Below, in pieces: positions 60,744 through 64,000 of a stretch of DNA of 64,000 bases. Position 1 is the first letter of the stretch, and each line of letters begins with the position of its first letter. The notes under the pieces were generated by a model. The model was not told the DNA's origin, made no database searches, and saw only the letters and a list, made by a program, of their open reading frames with translations. The position numbers were made by a program, and so were the translations under genes. This DNA is from a virus: positions 1 through 64,000 of the IMG/VR virus record IMGVR_UViG_3300017967_005407. One strand, 5' to 3'.

Positions 60744-61900
60744 CAAAAACATTGTGCAGTGCAGCATGGTATGATATAAATGTTGACTTTGGAGCAAAAA
60801 CATTAAGCCATTGTTGTAAAAGTCAACGTGAATCTTTTCCTGAGGTTGTTACAGAAGACTTTTTTAACAATAGTTTACACATACAAAAATTACGTGATGA
60901 TTTAGTAAATGGTATAGAAAATCCTGCATGTAATTTTTGTTGGAATAGTTATAAAGAAACTGGAACTGCATACAGAGATTTTAAAAACAAATGGATAGAT
61001 AATTCTAGTGTTAACTACAATGTAAATAATATAGAAATTACACTTGATAATATTTGTGATATGGCATGTATATATTGTGATGCTACTAGTAGCAGTAGGA
61101 TTGCACAAGAATTAGGACATGAGCATGTTATGAATATTCCTAATGATGCTCATATGCAAACTTTCATAAATTGGTTTGAGCATGTAGCATTAAAACAAAA
61201 GTTTATACCTTTGAGTTTTTTAGGTGGCGAAATTAGTTACAGTAAAAACTTTTATAAATTTATGAATATGATTTTGCAAAAAAAGTCTATTTACAATAGC
61301 AGAATAAATTTTAGTGTATTAACCAATGGCAATGCAACTGAAAAAAATCAAAAAAAACTTTTAGCATTATTTGATAGTTTGCCTGAAAAATGGGGAATTA
61401 GTTTAGGCATCAGTAACGAATCTACTGGAGTTGTTGCTGAGTCAGTAAGATATGGACTGAATTGGAATCGTTTTCAAAACAACTTCATTGATTATATTAA
61501 TCATCCTAGATTGGTAAATGTAACACTTGCTCCTACTCCTAATATTTTTACTGTAAAGCATATGTATGAGTATTTTGATTGGGTCATAAACGAATTGCGG
61601 AAAACAGATACCAAACTTGCAATTTTTGGAAATTGGGTAAACTGGCCAAACGAACTAGATCCAAGTAAATTAGATGATGCATATAAGATACATGTGGATA
61701 AATGCTTGCAATTAATCAAAACAAATAAAGATTTATTTTTAGATGCGGGACAATATAATCATACGTACAAATGGTTAGAACAATTAAAAGCACGTATAGG
61801 TACACAACAGCAAAATGATGTTGAATTAGATAATTGGATACGTAAAACTGCAATACAAAAGAAAGATAACAGTCTTTTGAATTTAAGAGAGTATATATGA
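60734..61900 (+). CDS. Radical SAM protein with N-terminal twitch-like domain
   Basis: LCSAAW...HCC...CNFCW; CDMACIYC; LGGE. Confidence 0.88.
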   Translation: MALTKTLCSAAWYDINVDFGAKTLSHCCKSQRESFPEVVTEDFFNNSLHIQKLRDDLVNGIENPACNFCWNSYKETGTAYRDFKNKWIDNSSVNYNVNNIEITLDNICDMACIYCDATSSSRIAQELGHEHVMNIPNDAHMQTFINWFEHVALKQKFIPLSFLGGEISYSKNFYKFMNMILQKKSIYNSRINFSVLTNGNATEKNQKKLLALFDSLPEKWGISLGISNESTGVVAESVRYGLNWNRFQNNFIDYINHPRLVNVTLAPTPNIFTVKHMYEYFDWVINELRKTDTKLAIFGNWVNWPNELDPSKLDDAYKIHVDKCLQLIKTNKDLFLDAGQYNHTYKWLEQLKARIGTQQQNDVELDNWIRKTAIQKKDNSLLNLREYI

Positions 61901-63162
61901 CAAAGGAATGGAAAAACCCAGATTGGTTCCCTGCAAAAGGCAATAGAGCGTGTTTGCTTAAATGGAGTCAAGTTACATTAAGTTTATGGGATAACACTAG
62001 TAGTAGTTGTCACAGAAATGGAATGCATCAAATAGGTGAGGATTTTGATTTTCATAATGAACCAAAATGGGTAGAACATAGAGAAAAAATGTTAAATGGC
62101 GATTGGCCTAGTGATGGATGGGGTTGCGAACATTGTCGAGATCAAGAAGCTATAGGCGGAACTAGCGATAGGATGCAATGGCTTAGTAATAACAATAACA
62201 AAAGATATGTTCCAAAAGAACTTTTTAATAATCCAACTGCCACTCGTATAAAACCTACACAAGTAAGTATGCATTTTAATAATAAATGTAATTTAAAGTG
62301 TGTTTATTGTGGGCCTCAGTATAGCAGTGCTTGGGTGAAAGAAATGCAAAAATATGAACCTAAACATAGTTTTATACAAGATGTAGATATAAAAGAAAAA
62401 ACGTACGAACAAAGACTGGAAAAATTCTACAAATGGATGGAAAACAATTATAGCAGTCTTAAAGCGTTTGATTTATTAGGCGGTGAACCTTTTATACAAC
62501 AAGAAACATGGGACTGTGTTGATTGGATGATAAAGCATCCTAATCCGGAATGTGATATAGAAATATACAGCAATATGGAAGTAAAACCTAAACTTTTTAA
62601 AAGAGGATGCGAAAAATTAAAAGAACTTAGCAAAACAGTCAAAGAAGTTGTATTTGTAATTAGTGTAGATACTTTTGGACCAGAAAGTGAGTATATAAGA
62701 TTTCCACATAATTGGGAAGTTATGGAAGATAATATAAATTATTTAATTTATGAATGCCCAGAAATTATTCCAACTATGAATTGGACTGTTACTAATCTTA
62801 GTCTAAAAACTACTCCGGCATTAGTCCGTAAAGTTATTGAATGGAATAAACATCGGTATGTAAGTGTAAATTATAATAGATGTCACGATCCACATTTTTT
62901 TGATCCAAAAATTATGCCAGAAGGGTTTTACGATGATGTAATTGATGAACTAAAAGAATTAAATCAAATAATGTATCAAGGAAACAACAGTCCATATATG
63001 GATTATGTAAACACTATTTTCAAAGAAATAAACGAAACACCTGCAGATTACGAAGCTATAAAAATGCTTAAATGGCGCCTAACAGAACTTGATAAACGTA
63101 GAGGCACAAATTGGCAAGAAACATTTCCTTGGTTAACAACTGTTGGACATAATAGAATTTGA
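61897..63162 (+). CDS. Radical SAM protein with N-terminal twitch-like domain
   Basis: ACLLKW...SCH...CEHC; CNLKCVYC; LGGEP; C-terminal LDKRRGTNW..FP. Confidence 0.9.
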   Translation: MTKEWKNPDWFPAKGNRACLLKWSQVTLSLWDNTSSSCHRNGMHQIGEDFDFHNEPKWVEHREKMLNGDWPSDGWGCEHCRDQEAIGGTSDRMQWLSNNNNKRYVPKELFNNPTATRIKPTQVSMHFNNKCNLKCVYCGPQYSSAWVKEMQKYEPKHSFIQDVDIKEKTYEQRLEKFYKWMENNYSSLKAFDLLGGEPFIQQETWDCVDWMIKHPNPECDIEIYSNMEVKPKLFKRGCEKLKELSKTVKEVVFVISVDTFGPESEYIRFPHNWEVMEDNINYLIYECPEIIPTMNWTVTNLSLKTTPALVRKVIEWNKHRYVSVNYNRCHDPHFFDPKIMPEGFYDDVIDELKELNQIMYQGNNSPYMDYVNTIFKEINETPADYEAIKMLKWRLTELDKRRGTNWQETFPWLTTVGHNRI

Positions 63163-63192
63163 TTGACAAAATAATTAAAGATAGTATACTAT
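63163..63192 (+). promoter_or_regulatory. Sigma70-like promoter with leaderless geometry
   Basis: TTGACA-N16-TATACT-N6-ATG(63197); no SD. Confidence 0.65.
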
Positions 63193-63196
63193 AGAT

Positions 63197-64000
63197 ATGA
63201 CTGAAGATTTAAAATGGTCTAATTATGACTTTACTAAAATACCTTTTAATGACATTATCCAAGTGGGACAACGAACGCTCCTCTACCGAGATATCTTTAC
63301 GGTATCTTGGTTACTAGGAAGATTTTGTAACTATAGGTGTAGTTACTGTTGGCCTTATGCAAGAAGTGACAGAAAAGATCATAGACCAACTGAGTTGTGT
63401 CTAGCAACTATAGATGAGATAAAGAAGCAAGCACGTGATAACGGTTTTAACAGTTTCCATTTTAGTCTGTCTGGCGGCGAGCCTACCTTTCATCCAGGGT
63501 ACTTGGACATACTTGGTCACTTGGCTAATGATGTGCCTAATACTAATTATACTTCCATACATATGACATCAAACTGCTCACGCCCAATGAAGTGGTTTGA
63601 AGATTATGTAGAAAAAGCAAAACCTTTCCATAGAGCAAGTATAACGGCTAGTTTGCACACAGAACACTTAAATACAAAGGAGAAGATGCAGGACTTTGCA
63701 GATAAATTAATCCTGTGTCAAGAACACGATGTACAAGTTACAATTAATATGGTCATGGTTCCGGAATGGTTTGAAAGAGATTGGGAAAACGCCCTCTTCT
63801 TCCACGAGCAAGGAATCAACGTTACACTTAAACCCCAATCGGATCCGACTGCGTCAAAAGTGGTTGATGGATACACTGGGGATATGCTTAAAAGACTCTG
63901 GAACGGAATGCCACAAAGAGCCTACACAGAAACAAAACGCAAGTGGGAAGGTAGACCCAAACCAAACTTCAAAATTCCTGTAGGTATTATGGGCAAACCT
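63197..64000 (+). CDS. Radical SAM protein (runs off window end), same type as 34037..34996
   Basis: Not in the ORF track; hand translation gives MTEDLKWSNYDFTKIPF...SWLLGRFCNYRCSYCW...SGGEPT...TSN. Confidence 0.88.
   Translation, partial: MTEDLKWSNYDFTKIPFNDIIQVGQRTLLYRDIFTVSWLLGRFCNYRCSYCWPYARSDRKDHRPTELCLATIDEIKKQARDNGFNSFHFSLSGGEPTFHPGYLDILGHLANDVPNTNYTSIHMTSNCSRPMKWFEDYVEKAKPFHRASITASLHTEHLNTKEKMQDFADKLILCQEHDVQVTINMVMVPEWFERDWENALFFHEQGINVTLKPQSDPTASKVVDGYTGDMLKRLWNGMPQRAYTETKRKWEGRPKPNFKIPVGIMGKP

Noticed and set aside
63729-63983. 84-aa ORF in the track
   Set aside because: Out-of-frame overlap with the rSAM CDS starting at 63197 that runs off the window.
34037-64000. Assigning the rSAMs to QueE (7-deazaguanine), NrdG, MoaA or viperin pathways
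   Set aside because: No folE/queC/queD/dpdA, nrdD or moaC partner genes seen in the window, and the domain architectures do not match.
1-64000. tRNA/rRNA genes, introns, inteins, transposases, stop-codon recoding
   Set aside because: Intergenic gaps are very short, no such motifs were seen, and long ORFs read cleanly in the standard code.

Overview
This window is part of a large, AT-rich T4-superfamily myophage genome. Positions 1-2857 (minus strand) hold the gp46/gp47 recombination nuclease pair and a gp55-type late sigma factor. Positions 2934-36117 (mostly plus strand) form a baseplate/tail module: tube initiator, gp53-like, hub, gp5-like spike, a Gly-rich orphan, gp25, gp6, a 4528-aa baseplate/adhesin protein, three paralogous tail fibres and two paralogous virion proteins. 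From about 34000 to past the window end lies an enzyme island of about 30 kb. It has 13 radical-SAM genes in three architectures, four glycosyltransferase-like genes, a methyltransferase, an SDR, two probable 2OG-Fe(II) oxygenases, a nitroreductase-like protein, a possible GNAT and an embedded G-D/N-x-x repeat fibre gene. Several island operons sit behind the same TAAATA late-promoter motif as the tail genes. I infer a possible phage-encoded sugar-tailoring or virion-decoration pathway; this is the main candidate novel system. Six promoters are spaced so that transcription would begin at the ATG (leaderless mRNAs). I saw no tRNA, rRNA, CRISPR array or mobile element. All product calls come from motif recognition; no database searches were run.
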